A stretch of DNA of 63,981 nt, the filler included, from a bacterium (GTDB lineage: Bacteria; UBA9089; CG2-30-40-21; SBAY01), in NCBI GenBank assembly GCA_040757115.1. It is 6 parts of 6 records of this genome, joined end to end, with 100 filler letters (N's around TTAATTAATTAA, not from the genome) between each part and the next. Parts side by side here need not be neighbours in the genome. Positions count along the whole stretch, not along the records: positions 35,409 to 60,836 come from JBFLYA010000035.1; positions 60,937 to 63,981 come from JBFLYA010000350.1; 4 more parts are not named here. One strand, 5' to 3'. How positions within the stretch are numbered: position 1 is the stretch's first letter; every line of letters starts with the position of its first letter. Below, one piece after another: positions 51,843-61,163 of this stretch. The notes beneath the pieces are model-generated. The model saw only the letters and a program-made list of their open reading frames with translations. It made no database searches and was not told where the DNA came from. The translations under genes and the position numbers were made by a program.

Positions 51843-52078
51843 GTAACTATTCACCACGAAGGGTACGGAGAGCACGAAGTGAAATTTGATGAATTATCGA
51901 ATAGAGTCATTGGATGCGCTATAGCGGTGCATCGAACTCTTGGGCCAGGTTTGCTTGACACCGTGAAGAGTGATAATTCACAATTCACAATTGACAATTC
52001 ACCATTCACCATTATTAAGGAAATTTAGGGAAGAAATTGTGAATTGTGAATGGTGAATGGTGAATGGTGAATAGTTAC
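51843..52078. mobile_element. GTAA-ended MITE with a GxxExxY gene remnant (partial second copy at 60937-61083)
   Basis: TIR GTAACTATTCACCA/TGGTGAATAGTTAC; A8 on both flanks; MKFDELSNRVIGCAIAVHRTLGPGLL at 51879-51956. Confidence 0.82.
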
Positions 52079-52103
52079 AAAAAAAATTGGTTAATCACTT
52101 AAC

Positions 52104-52428
52104 AACAAACTTTTGCACGAAAATATTTATAACTTTCTCAATAAACATATCGCTCCTATGGAGCTAATTTGATGTTGAGACGATAAAGCTATAAACATCT
52201 CGCCCTTACAGGGCTGAATATATTTTCTAAACTCCGTTAGGAGTGATATATTTGTAGACTATGATAATCCTTAAAGAATTCAGCTCCGTAGGAGCGAAAT
52301 GTTTAACTGTGATTTTTGTGACAGAAGAATAAACAATCTTAATCTTTAAGTTCTTTAATTTTAATATCTTAAATATTATTTGTGTTTATTCGTAGATTTA
52401 TACATTAAATTTCCTGCAAAAGTTTGTT
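52104..52428. mobile_element. Element with 19-bp TIR and four REP-like palindromes
   Basis: AACAAACTTTTGCASGAAA ends (18/19); GCTCCTATGGAGC, GCCCTTACAGGGC, ACTCCGTTAGGAGT and GCTCCGTAGGAGC. Confidence 0.65.
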
Positions 52429-52455
52429 GACAAATTAAGAAAAGTTTGATATAAT
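52427..52455 (+). promoter_or_regulatory. sigma70 promoter of the RRM gene
   Basis: TTGACA-17 bp-TATAAT with an extended TG. Confidence 0.8.
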
Positions 52456-52628
52456 TTTAAAAAATGGCTGGCAGAAGCTAAAAGGGGGTAGATAATGATT
52501 AGTTAAAACCGATTCTCTTTCCGGTTTAATAATGTTTTTATTTATGAGATTAGAATTGCTATCTTGCCTTCTATCTCAAAAAGAAACATTATGGATATAG
52601 AGAAAAAACCTAAAAGGAGGTTATTAGA

Positions 52629-52943
52629 ATGCAAGGTAGTAAACTTTATGTAGGAAATCTTAGTTACTCTGTAACTAAGGAACAGGTGGAAGAGTTATTT
52701 TCCGCCCAGGGGGAAGTTAAGCAAGTGAATATAATTGAAGGTAAAGGGTTTGGGTTCGTTGAAATGGGCAGTCAGACAGAGGCTGAGAAAGCAAAAGAAG
52801 CATTAAACGGTACCGAGTTTGCAGGACGGACATTAAGAGTTGATGAGGCACGGCCACCCAGGAGTAGAGATAGTCGAGAAAGTCGAGGAGGAGATAGACA
52901 AAGAAGAGGACCAGGAAGCGGAGGAGGTTATCGAAGATACTAA
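52629..52943 (+). CDS. RRM-domain RNA-binding protein
   Basis: RNP2 KLYVGNL, RNP1 KGFGFVEM and an R/G-rich tail. Confidence 0.95.
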   Translation: MQGSKLYVGNLSYSVTKEQVEELFSAQGEVKQVNIIEGKGFGFVEMGSQTEAEKAKEALNGTEFAGRTLRVDEARPPRSRDSRESRGGDRQRRGPGSGGGYRRY

Positions 52944-53151
52944 TTAGAATTTACCCCTTACCAATCTAATGGTGAATTTTGAAATAGGAATCTGCCAGCC
53001 ATTTCATTACAAATTCACAAAGTGTATTTTTATCATCTCCATTTTCCCTTATCTAAAATACTTGCCACGAAGATACTTATAAAGTATAAATTTTAAACCC
53101 TACTCATTTCTCGCTACTGTTATACGGGTTAAAGATGGTATTAAAAGAATA

Positions 53152-53571
53152 GTAACCGTTCAGGGATATAGCCACAGAGTCACAGAGAACACAGAGGGAA
53201 TATATAACCACGAATGAACACGAATAATAAAAAGATTCGACCTGTGCGATTAGATTAATTCATCGCAGAGACGCAAAGGAAAAATAAATGTAAAATGTAA
53301 AATAGGAAATGAAAAATGGGAAATTTTAGGACTTCGCAAGACTCATTATCTTTCAGTTATACATTTTCATTTTACATTATCCATTTTACATTTAACCGCA
53401 CAGGTCGAAAAGATTTGTAGTGCGAGACTTTAGCCTCGCTTCTGGCAAGCAGGAAAGCGAACCTAATGGTTCGCACTACATTTATCGAATGTCACAGGTT
53501 AATTCGTATCCATTTGTGGCTAATTTCTCTAATTCTCTGTGAACTCTGTGCCTCTGTGGCTGAACGGTTAC
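53152..53571. mobile_element. GTAA-ended MITE containing a nested CGACC MITE
   Basis: TIR GTAACCGTTCAG/CTGAACGGTTAC; TSD AAAGAATA. Confidence 0.9.
53238..53407. mobile_element. 170-bp CGACC MITE
   Basis: TIR CGACCTGTGCG; TSD AAAAGATT. Confidence 0.9.
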
Positions 53572-53695
53572 AAAGAATAATCCTTCTATAACAAATCGGG
53601 GTTCGGATTCAGGGGTTCGGGGATTCGTTTATTCCCGAATCCCTTTTTTCGTATCCTGGTGCCTTGGTGGTTGAATAGTTACAAAAAGGATTAAA

Positions 53696-54514
53696 ATGAA
53701 GATAGGTGTAATACCTTTTTTAAATGTTAAACCACTGATATACAAATTAGAATTAGATAAATCAGTGGAATTAATTTATGAATATCCATCTAAACTATCT
53801 AAGTTATTAAAAAAAGGGAAGATAGATGCAGGAATAATTCCGACAATTGATTATTTTCGTGGAATTGGTAAATTTGTCATTCCAAATATTTCCATTTCTT
53901 CTTATGAGAAGGTAGAAAGTGTAAAATTATTCTATAAAAATGAAATTTCGGGAATCAAAACAGTAGCGGTAGATGAAAATTCGTCAACATCAGTTGCGTT
54001 ATTAAGGATTATTCTAAGTGAAATATACTCAATTTTTCCAGAATTTAAAGAAGTTAGTAATGATAACTTAATGGATATTTTTAAAAAAAATGAAGCAACT
54101 CTTTTAATTGGAGACCAGGCATTAATGTTGTCTGATAAAAATATAGACCTGGGAGAACAATGGTATAAATTGACTGAATTACCATTTGTTTATGCTTTTT
54201 GGGTCATAAGAGAGGGGATGGAAGATTATGAGGAAGTAGTTAGACTTCTTACAGAAAGTAAAGAATTTGGGATGAGGAATTTAGAGAAAGTAATTAATAT
54301 TGAATCAAAAAGACTTTCACTAAATAAAAGAATTATAAGTAATTATTTAAGACAGGTTATTAGGTATAATCTTATAAGACCAGAAATAAAAGGAATTTTA
54401 AAATTTGTTAATTATGCGATTAAATATAAACTTATAGAAAAGGAGCGCGAGATTGAATTCTGCACTCTTTCAAATTTTAGATATGGCCTTAAACGGCGAG
54501 AGGCTAAATTTTAA
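53696..54514 (+). CDS. mqnA: Chorismate dehydratase (futalosine pathway)
   Basis: IPFLNVKPL, V.SV.LF, SSTSVALL, LLIGDQAL and DLGEQW..LT.LPFVYAFW. Confidence 0.9.
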   Translation: MKIGVIPFLNVKPLIYKLELDKSVELIYEYPSKLSKLLKKGKIDAGIIPTIDYFRGIGKFVIPNISISSYEKVESVKLFYKNEISGIKTVAVDENSSTSVALLRIILSEIYSIFPEFKEVSNDNLMDIFKKNEATLLIGDQALMLSDKNIDLGEQWYKLTELPFVYAFWVIREGMEDYEEVVRLLTESKEFGMRNLEKVINIESKRLSLNKRIISNYLRQVIRYNLIRPEIKGILKFVNYAIKYKLIEKEREIEFCTLSNFRYGLKRREAKF

Positions 54515-55520
54515 CGAAGGTATGAAGCTTTTTCAAGAAAAGGATATTTTAAAAATTGGTAAAGTAGCAAACGAAATTCGATTTTTGGCTCATCCGGATA
54601 ACATTGTAACTTACATCATAGACCGCAATATAAATTATACCAATGTTTGTGTTTCAAAATGTAAATTTTGTGCCTTTTCCAGAGATATTGAAAGTAAAGA
54701 TGCCTATTTTTTAAAATGGGATGAGTTAAAGAATAAGATAGAGGAAACGGTTAAGTTAGGTGGGACTCAGATTCTACTTCAAGGAGGATTGCATCCGGGA
54801 TTTAAAATTGAGTATTATGAGATGATGTTGCGTAAGATTAAAAACACCTTTCCTGAGATACATATTCATGGATTTTCGCCGCCAGAAATTATGTATTTTG
54901 CTACAAAATCAGGATTTAGTATTAATAATATTATAAATCGGTTAAAAGATGCTGGATTAGATTCAATTCCTGGAGGTGGGGCTGAGATTTTAGTTGATGG
55001 AATTCGCCAGCAAATAAGTCCAAATAAATACAGTTCAACTCAATGGTTAGAAATTATGCAAACTGCCCATAAACTTGGAATGAAAACTACCGCCACAATG
55101 ATGTTTGGACATATTGAATCAATTGAGGATAGAGTTAGTCATTTATTGAAGATACGAGATTTACAGGATGAAACTGATGGATTTACAGCATTTATTCCAT
55201 GGACATACCAACCGCAAAATACTATTTTGGGAGGAAATGGGGTAGGGGGATATGAATATTTAAAAACACTTGCAATATCAAGAGTTATGTTAGATAACTT
55301 CAAGAACATTCAAAGCTCCTGGGTAACACAAGGACCTAAAATAGGACAAATAGCCTTGACATTTGGAGCAAACGATATGGGTAGCACAATGTTAGAAGAA
55401 AATGTCGTTAGAGCCGCTGGTGCTGAATATCGGTTGACTAATCAGGATATAATTAATTTAATAAAAGATGCTGGATTTATCGCAAGACAACGAGATACTT
55501 TTTATAATTTAATCGGATAG
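54453..55520 (+). CDS. mqnC: Cyclic dehypoxanthine futalosine synthase
   Basis: TYIIDRNINYTNVCVSKCKFCAF, LQGGLHP, PGGGAEIL, QSSWVTQG and MLEENVV. Confidence 0.92.
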   Translation: MNSALFQILDMALNGERLNFNEGMKLFQEKDILKIGKVANEIRFLAHPDNIVTYIIDRNINYTNVCVSKCKFCAFSRDIESKDAYFLKWDELKNKIEETVKLGGTQILLQGGLHPGFKIEYYEMMLRKIKNTFPEIHIHGFSPPEIMYFATKSGFSINNIINRLKDAGLDSIPGGGAEILVDGIRQQISPNKYSSTQWLEIMQTAHKLGMKTTATMMFGHIESIEDRVSHLLKIRDLQDETDGFTAFIPWTYQPQNTILGGNGVGGYEYLKTLAISRVMLDNFKNIQSSWVTQGPKIGQIALTFGANDMGSTMLEENVVRAAGAEYRLTNQDIINLIKDAGFIARQRDTFYNLIG

Positions 55521-55638
55521 TAAAGAGAAGGGAAGATATGGCGAGGCAGTTAGGAAGATTAGAACTTCTGAACTTAAGAAGTATTGAAGTTGAAAGGAAA
55601 TGGACACCGCAGAGATGCAGAGTCGCGGAGAAAAAATT

Positions 55639-55822
55639 CGACCTGTGCGGTTAAATGTAAAATGGATAATGTAAAATGAGAAATGTAAAATGAAAATGTA
55701 TAACTGAAAGGTAATGAGTCTGGCGAAGGACTAAAATTTCCCATTTTTCATTTCCTATTTTACATTTTACATTTATTTTTCCTTTGCGTCTCTGCGATGA
55801 ATTAATCTAATCGCACAGGTGG
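55639..55822. mobile_element. 184-bp CGACC MITE
   Basis: Same body as 20205-20374 with two extra heptamer units. Confidence 0.85.
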
Positions 55823-55952
55823 AAATTTAGTTTAATCTGTCACCTATTTCTTCTCAGCATCTCTGTGTCTCTGCGGTTAAATATTACCAAATTGAGACTT
55901 ATGGGTAAGTTTCAGAAATTTATCTTGACAAACTAATTTAGACTATGATATT

Positions 55953-56630
55953 ATGATAGATGGAATTTTGAATATTAATAAACCTGCGGGGATGACTTCC
56001 CACGATGTCGTTCAATGTATTCGAAGATTGATTAACCAGAAAAAGGTTGGGCATGCAGGAACTTTAGACCCACAGGCAGAAGGGGTTTTAATTCTTCTTT
56101 TAGGTAAAGCAACAAAATTATCCGAAAGCCTGAAAAGTGATTCTAAAGAATATCTTGCAGAAATGAAATTGGGAATTAAAACAACGACTCAAGATGCCTG
56201 GGGACAAATAATTGAACAAAAATCTAACTTTACTATTCAAAAAAAGGATATTGAAAAGGTACTTTTAGATTTTGAGGGTGAGATAAATCAAATTCCACCT
56301 ATGTTTTCTGCAATACATCATGAGGGTAAAAGGTTATATGAATTAGCTCGGCTTGGAAAGGAAGTGGAACGACAACCTCGAAAGGTAAAGATATTTGAAA
56401 TCAAACTTTTAAATTTTATACATCAGGATGAATTTAGATTTAAAGTTACTTGTTCTTCCGGAACTTACATTCGGACTTTATGTGCAGATATAGGTGAGGC
56501 TTTAGGGGTAGGGGGACATTTAACCTCATTGAAAAGGATTAAAAGTGGCAATTTCAAAATCGAAGATTCGATTGGCTTAAAAGATTTAATAGAAGGGAAA
56601 ATTAAGGTAGAAGAGGTTCTTTTATCGTAA
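55953..56630 (+). CDS. truB: tRNA pseudouridine(55) synthase, short form
   Basis: KVGHAGTLDP, QIPPMFSAI and CSSGTYIRTL; 225 aa, no C-terminal PUA domain. Confidence 0.95.
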   Translation: MIDGILNINKPAGMTSHDVVQCIRRLINQKKVGHAGTLDPQAEGVLILLLGKATKLSESLKSDSKEYLAEMKLGIKTTTQDAWGQIIEQKSNFTIQKKDIEKVLLDFEGEINQIPPMFSAIHHEGKRLYELARLGKEVERQPRKVKIFEIKLLNFIHQDEFRFKVTCSSGTYIRTLCADIGEALGVGGHLTSLKRIKSGNFKIEDSIGLKDLIEGKIKVEEVLLS

Positions 56631-56866
56631 GCGTTCAGCCACAGAGGCACAGAGTTCACAGAGAATTAAGGGAATTAGCCAGAAATGCACACGAATTAAC
56701 CTCTGACATCCCATAAATGTAGTGCGAACCTTTAGGTTCGCCTTTTGGCTTGCCAGAAGTGAGGCTACAGCCTCGCACTACAAATCTTTTTGTATTTGTG
56801 TTCATTCGTGGTTATATATTCCCTCTGTGTTCTCTGTGACTCTGTGGCTATATCTTGAACGGTTAC
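56627..56866. mobile_element. GTAA-ended MITE, uninterrupted inverted sibling of 53152-53571
   Basis: Flanks CTTTTATC/CTTTTATG (7/8); supplies the truB stop codon. Confidence 0.85.
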
Positions 56867-56882
56867 CTTTTATGAGTCTAAA

Positions 56883-57815
56883 ATGAAAATTTTCTGGAGA
56901 ATTCCAGCTCAATTTGAATATGAAAATGTGGGATTAACGATAGGTGTATTTGATGGAGTGCATTTAGGTCATCAAAAAATTATCACAGAACTGATTAATT
57001 CTTGTAGAAAAAAAGGACTTACAAGTCTTATTTTGACTTTTGAGATTCATCCAAGAAAAATATTATCAGCAACTATGCCTGCTCTATTAATTACCCTTGA
57101 CCAGAGATTAAACATTATTTCTCAGCTGGGTATGGATGTGTGCATAATTACTGATTTTGAACAAGAGATAATGAACCTTGAGGCAACGGAATTCATAGAA
57201 AAAGTGCTCATTGATAAATTAAAAATGAAACAAATGTGGATTGGAACGAATTTTTTATTTGGAAGAGGAAGAAAAGGGGATGTCCAGTTATTACAAGAGT
57301 TAAGTGCAAAAAAAGGGTTTAAATTACAGGTAGTTGAGCCAGTTAAATTTGAAGATGAAATTGTTAGTAGCACAAGGATAAGGGAATATCTAAAGCAAGG
57401 GGAGGTAGCAAAGGCAAATTTACTTCTATCCCGACCTTATACGATTGGAGCGGAAGTTATCCATGGCACAAAAAGAGGAAGAATCCTTGGTTACCCTACC
57501 GCAAACTTAAAATGGGATGAAGAAGTTTTATTACCTGAAAAAGGTGTCTATGCGGTCAGGGTAAAAATGGATGATGAAAGATATGAAGGTGTGGCTAATC
57601 TGGGCTATCGTCCAACATTTGGAGAAGAAAAAGAACTTTATTTTGAAGTCCATATCTTCGATTTTAATCAGGAAATTTATTTTAAAGAATTAAATGTTTC
57701 TTTTATAACAAGAATACGGGATGAGAAACCGTTTAAAGACCAGGATAGTTTAATTAGACAATTAAACGAGGATGAAAATAAAGCAAAACAAATATTAAAA
57801 GCAAGTAAGTGGTAA
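56883..57815 (+). CDS. ribF: Riboflavin kinase / FAD synthetase
   Basis: IGVFDGVHLGHQ, VSSTRIR, GYPTANL and NLGYRPTF. Confidence 0.96.
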   Translation: MKIFWRIPAQFEYENVGLTIGVFDGVHLGHQKIITELINSCRKKGLTSLILTFEIHPRKILSATMPALLITLDQRLNIISQLGMDVCIITDFEQEIMNLEATEFIEKVLIDKLKMKQMWIGTNFLFGRGRKGDVQLLQELSAKKGFKLQVVEPVKFEDEIVSSTRIREYLKQGEVAKANLLLSRPYTIGAEVIHGTKRGRILGYPTANLKWDEEVLLPEKGVYAVRVKMDDERYEGVANLGYRPTFGEEKELYFEVHIFDFNQEIYFKELNVSFITRIRDEKPFKDQDSLIRQLNEDENKAKQILKASKW

Positions 57816-57858
57816 CTAATTACCATTTACCAATTACCAAATACAAGGAGGTGCTCAA

Positions 57859-58128
57859 ATGTCGTTAACGACAGAAGGAAAACAAACATTGATTGAAAAA
57901 TATCGAATGCATGAAAAAGATACAGGTTCACCAGAGGTTCAGATAGCGCTATTGACGGATCGAATTAATTATTTGACTGAACATTTTAAGGTGCATGTTA
58001 AAGATTATCATTCACGAAGAGGATTGCTTAAACTCGTTGGACAAAGGAGAAGATTACTTAATTATCTAACTCAAAAAGATACAAATAGATACCAGGACAT
58101 TATTCAGAAGTTAGGATTGAGGAAATAA
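57859..58128 (+). CDS. rpsO: 30S ribosomal protein S15
   Basis: [17 protein letters not shown]...H.KD.HSRRGL. Confidence 0.98.
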   Translation: MSLTTEGKQTLIEKYRMHEKDTGSPEVQIALLTDRINYLTEHFKVHVKDYHSRRGLLKLVGQRRRLLNYLTQKDTNRYQDIIQKLGLRK

Positions 58129-58136
58129 GATAAAGA

Positions 58137-59117
58137 ATGGTTAATCAAGTATTATTAGAAATTTCTAAAAGCCTTTTACAGGGTGAGCCGCTCCATTTTA
58201 GTAAAGCAATATACTTTTCTAAATTAGATAAAGAAAGTATTTTAGATTTGGTATCTTTAGCGAATAGAGTAAGAAAGGAATATTGTGGGGAAGGGATTGA
58301 CTTATGTTCTATTATGAATGCTAAATCAGGGGCGTGTTCAGAGGATTGTCAATTCTGTGGTCAGTCTGGACATTATAAAACTGATACACCTGTTTATTCT
58401 CTTAAGAGTGAGGAAGAAATTTTACAATCAGCTAAGGATGCAGAAATTTCAGGGGCAACAAGATTCTGTATTGTCATTAGCGGAGAAAAACCCGATACCA
58501 CAGATTTCAAAAAGATTATTAGTGTTTTAAAGAAAATAAAAGAAGAAACGAACTTAAAATTAGATTGTTCACTGGGAACTTTGACAAAAGATAAGGCTTA
58601 TGCTTTAAAAAATGCAGGAGTGAGCAGATATAATCATAATCTTGAGACATCGGAAAATTATTTTAAACAAATCTGCACGACCCATTCTTATAAAGATAGA
58701 TTATCTACTTTAAAAATATTAAAAGAAGTAGGATTAGAGGTTTGTTGTGGAGGAATTATTGGCTTAGGTGAGGATTGGGATGAAAGGATAAAATTTGTCT
58801 TTGCCTTAAAAGAGCTGGATGTAGATTGTATTCCTATTAATATTTTAAATCCGATACCAGGAACACCTTTAGCAAATGTTAAACCGTTATCTCCGCTGGA
58901 GATAATAAAAACAATTGCTATTTTTAGATTGATTTTAAAAGATAAAATCATTAAAATCGCTGGAGGTCGTGAGGTGAATTTAAGGGATTTACAAGCATTA
59001 TCTTTATTAGCCGGGGCAAATGGATTAATCATCGGAAATTATTTAACAACGCCAGGAAGAGATGCAAGTTTAGATATGCAGATGATAAAAGATTTGGGAT
59101 TGAATATAAGGAAGTAG
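58137..59117 (+). CDS. bioB: Biotin synthase
   Basis: NAKSGACSEDCQFCGQS, YNHNLETS, CCGGIIGLGE and GNYLTT.G. Confidence 0.96.
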   Translation: MVNQVLLEISKSLLQGEPLHFSKAIYFSKLDKESILDLVSLANRVRKEYCGEGIDLCSIMNAKSGACSEDCQFCGQSGHYKTDTPVYSLKSEEEILQSAKDAEISGATRFCIVISGEKPDTTDFKKIISVLKKIKEETNLKLDCSLGTLTKDKAYALKNAGVSRYNHNLETSENYFKQICTTHSYKDRLSTLKILKEVGLEVCCGGIIGLGEDWDERIKFVFALKELDVDCIPINILNPIPGTPLANVKPLSPLEIIKTIAIFRLILKDKIIKIAGGREVNLRDLQALSLLAGANGLIIGNYLTTPGRDASLDMQMIKDLGLNIRK

Positions 59118-59180
59118 AGAGTAAAGACCATAGACTATAGACCATAGACCAAAGACTAAAGACCAAAAGGATAGGGGAAA

Positions 59181-59372
59181 ATGAACCGAGAGCGAAGAAA
59201 AATTATTGGAAATATCTTTGGGGATGCTGCCAAATATACACTTACCGCCGGTGTGATAAGTAGTATCTTATCGGGAAAATTTGCATTTCTCTCAAGTTTA
59301 GTCATGGCAATATGCTGTGTAATACTTGGCGTGTTAGCGTATTATGTAATCCCAAAAGATATAGAGAGGTGA
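59181..59372 (+). CDS. Small two-TM hypothetical protein
   Basis: 63 aa; G..F.D.AKY.LT motif; purine-rich RBS. Confidence 0.55.
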   Translation: MNRERRKIIGNIFGDAAKYTLTAGVISSILSGKFAFLSSLVMAICCVILGVLAYYVIPKDIER

Positions 59373-59377
59373 ATAAT

Positions 59378-59485
59378 ATGGAGAATATGGAGCAGGTATG
59401 GAATCTTCTTATTCTTCTTGGAATACCAATACTAGCAGGTATTGTTTCCCTGATTATGTTTAAAATTCAAGACAAAAAGAGATAG
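59378..59485 (+). CDS. 35-aa single-TM peptide
   Basis: GAGGTG RBS; MENMEQVWNLLILLGIPILAGIVSLIMFKIQDKKR. Confidence 0.5.
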   Translation: MENMEQVWNLLILLGIPILAGIVSLIMFKIQDKKR

Positions 59486-59496
59486 AGGTTAATTTT

Positions 59497-59570
59497 GGCG
59501 GGGTGGCAGAGTGACTATGCAGCCGCTTGCAGGGCGGCGCACGGAGGTTTAAATCCTCCCCCCGCCTCCA
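59497..59570 (+). tRNA. tRNA-Cys(GCA)
   Basis: GGCGGGG/CCCCGCC acceptor stem, GCCGC-TTGCAGG-GCGGC anticodon arm, GGAGG/CCTCC T arm, U73 and encoded CCA. Confidence 0.92.
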
Positions 59571-59654
59571 GAATTGGTAATTAGTTACCAATTACCAATT
59601 ACCAGTTACCAGTTACCAATTACCAGTTACCAATTTTCAAGGAGGTTTTCAGTA

Positions 59655-60446
59655 ATGATTGGAAAAAATATCAGATTAGAACGAATAATTAATCGTGACT
59701 CTAAACGCACTGTCATTATCCCTATGGACCATGGCGTAACGATGGGACCCATACCAGGATTAGAGAATATGCGTGAGGCTGTTGGTAAGATAGTGGAAGG
59801 TGGTGCTAATGCCGTCATTTTGCATAAAGGTATGGTAAATGCAGGCTACCGTGGTGGAGGCAAAGATATTGGCTTGATTATTCACCTTTCTGCCAGTACG
59901 GTTTTAGGTCCTGATTCAAGTGATAAGGTGCAGGTGTGTAGTGTCAAAGAGGCAATTCAATTAGGTGCTGATGCGGTTTCTGTCCATGTAAATTTAGGTG
60001 CGGCTAACGAAAGAGAAATGTTGACTATTTTAGGCAGGGTAGGGGAGGAAAGCCAGGAATTTGGTATGCCATTAATTGCGATGATGTATACACGCGGTAA
60101 AAAGATTGAAAATGAATTTGATGTTAAATATGTTAAACATGCCGCCAGAGTTGGAGCTGAATTAGGTGCTGATATGGTTAAAGTTAATTATACTGGAAAC
60201 CCACAAACCTTTGCAGAGGTGGTAGCCGGTTGCCCAGTGCCAGTGGTTATTGCTGGAGGGGAAAAGGTAGAAACAGAGGCTCAATTATTTGAAATGGTTG
60301 ATGGTACAATAAAAGGCGGCTCTGCAGGTGTATCAATCGGCAGGAATGCCTTCCAACATAGAGACCCGGTTAAAATCGTCCAGGCGATTAGTAAAATGGT
60401 GCATGAAAATTACTCTATTGCTCAAGCAATGAAAATATTAAAATAA
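59655..60446 (+). CDS. 2-amino-3,7-dideoxy-D-threo-hept-6-ulosonate synthase / DhnA-type class I aldolase
   Basis: [42 protein letters not shown] and GRNAFQH. Confidence 0.88.
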   Translation: MIGKNIRLERIINRDSKRTVIIPMDHGVTMGPIPGLENMREAVGKIVEGGANAVILHKGMVNAGYRGGGKDIGLIIHLSASTVLGPDSSDKVQVCSVKEAIQLGADAVSVHVNLGAANEREMLTILGRVGEESQEFGMPLIAMMYTRGKKIENEFDVKYVKHAARVGAELGADMVKVNYTGNPQTFAEVVAGCPVPVVIAGGEKVETEAQLFEMVDGTIKGGSAGVSIGRNAFQHRDPVKIVQAISKMVHENYSIAQAMKILK

Positions 60447-60448
60447 TC

Positions 60449-60825
60449 GTAACTATTCAGCCACAGATAGACACGGATGAAACACGGAAAATCCGGTGGT
60501 GTCTTAATCTAGCATAAAAGTTAAAATAGTGTATAGGGTTCTGCAAAATAGGATTTGAGGGAGATAACTGAGAGTTAGACCTGAAATTAAATCAAAAATC
60601 AAATATCAAAATGCAAAATTACAAATCAAATTTCAAAGAGGAAGTAGCAGGGTTTCTCAAAGAGTTGGAGGAATATAGTAGATAGTTGATAGTTGAAGGA
60701 CTATAAACTATAAACTATCAACTATAAACTATAAACGAGTTTTGCATTTTACTCTTTGGAGGAAATCCCTTTTGGACACCAAATCTGCATAGATTTCATT
60801 ATTAGAGTTATTTTCAGACACCACC
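60449..60825. mobile_element. Nested element fragments (GTAA end, GGTGGTGTCT/AGACACCACC pair, AGGGTTCTGCAAAA end with a second four-helix-bundle remnant)
   Basis: Shared sequence with 25731-26109; (CTATAAA)n heptamers. Confidence 0.65.
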
Positions 60826-61163
60826 AATTTTTTTGTNNNNNNNNNNNNNNNNNNNNNNNNNNNNNNNNNNNNNNNNNNNNTTAATTAATTAANNNNNNNN
60901 NNNNNNNNNNNNNNNNNNNNNNNNNNNNNNNNNNNNTCGAACTCTTGGGCCAGGTTTGCTTGACACCGTGAAGAGTGATAATTCACAATTCACAATTGAC
61001 AATTCACCATTCACCATTATTAAGGAAATTTAGGGAAGAAATTGTGAATGGTGAATGGTGAATGATGAATGATGAATAGTTACCAATTTTTTTAATAATA
61101 TCTCCCTATCTCCTTAATCTCCACATCTCCTTTTGTTACACCACCTGAACGCTTATGTGGAGA

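Noticed and set aside
19195-59654. N-terminal extensions of the ORFs at 19195, 40038, 48941 and 59574
   Set aside because: The extensions read through repeat elements; better RBS-linked starts lie downstream.
25631-60936. TTAATTAATTAA motif in five places
   Set aside because: Artificial six-frame-stop linker inside N runs; ORFs running into it are artefacts.
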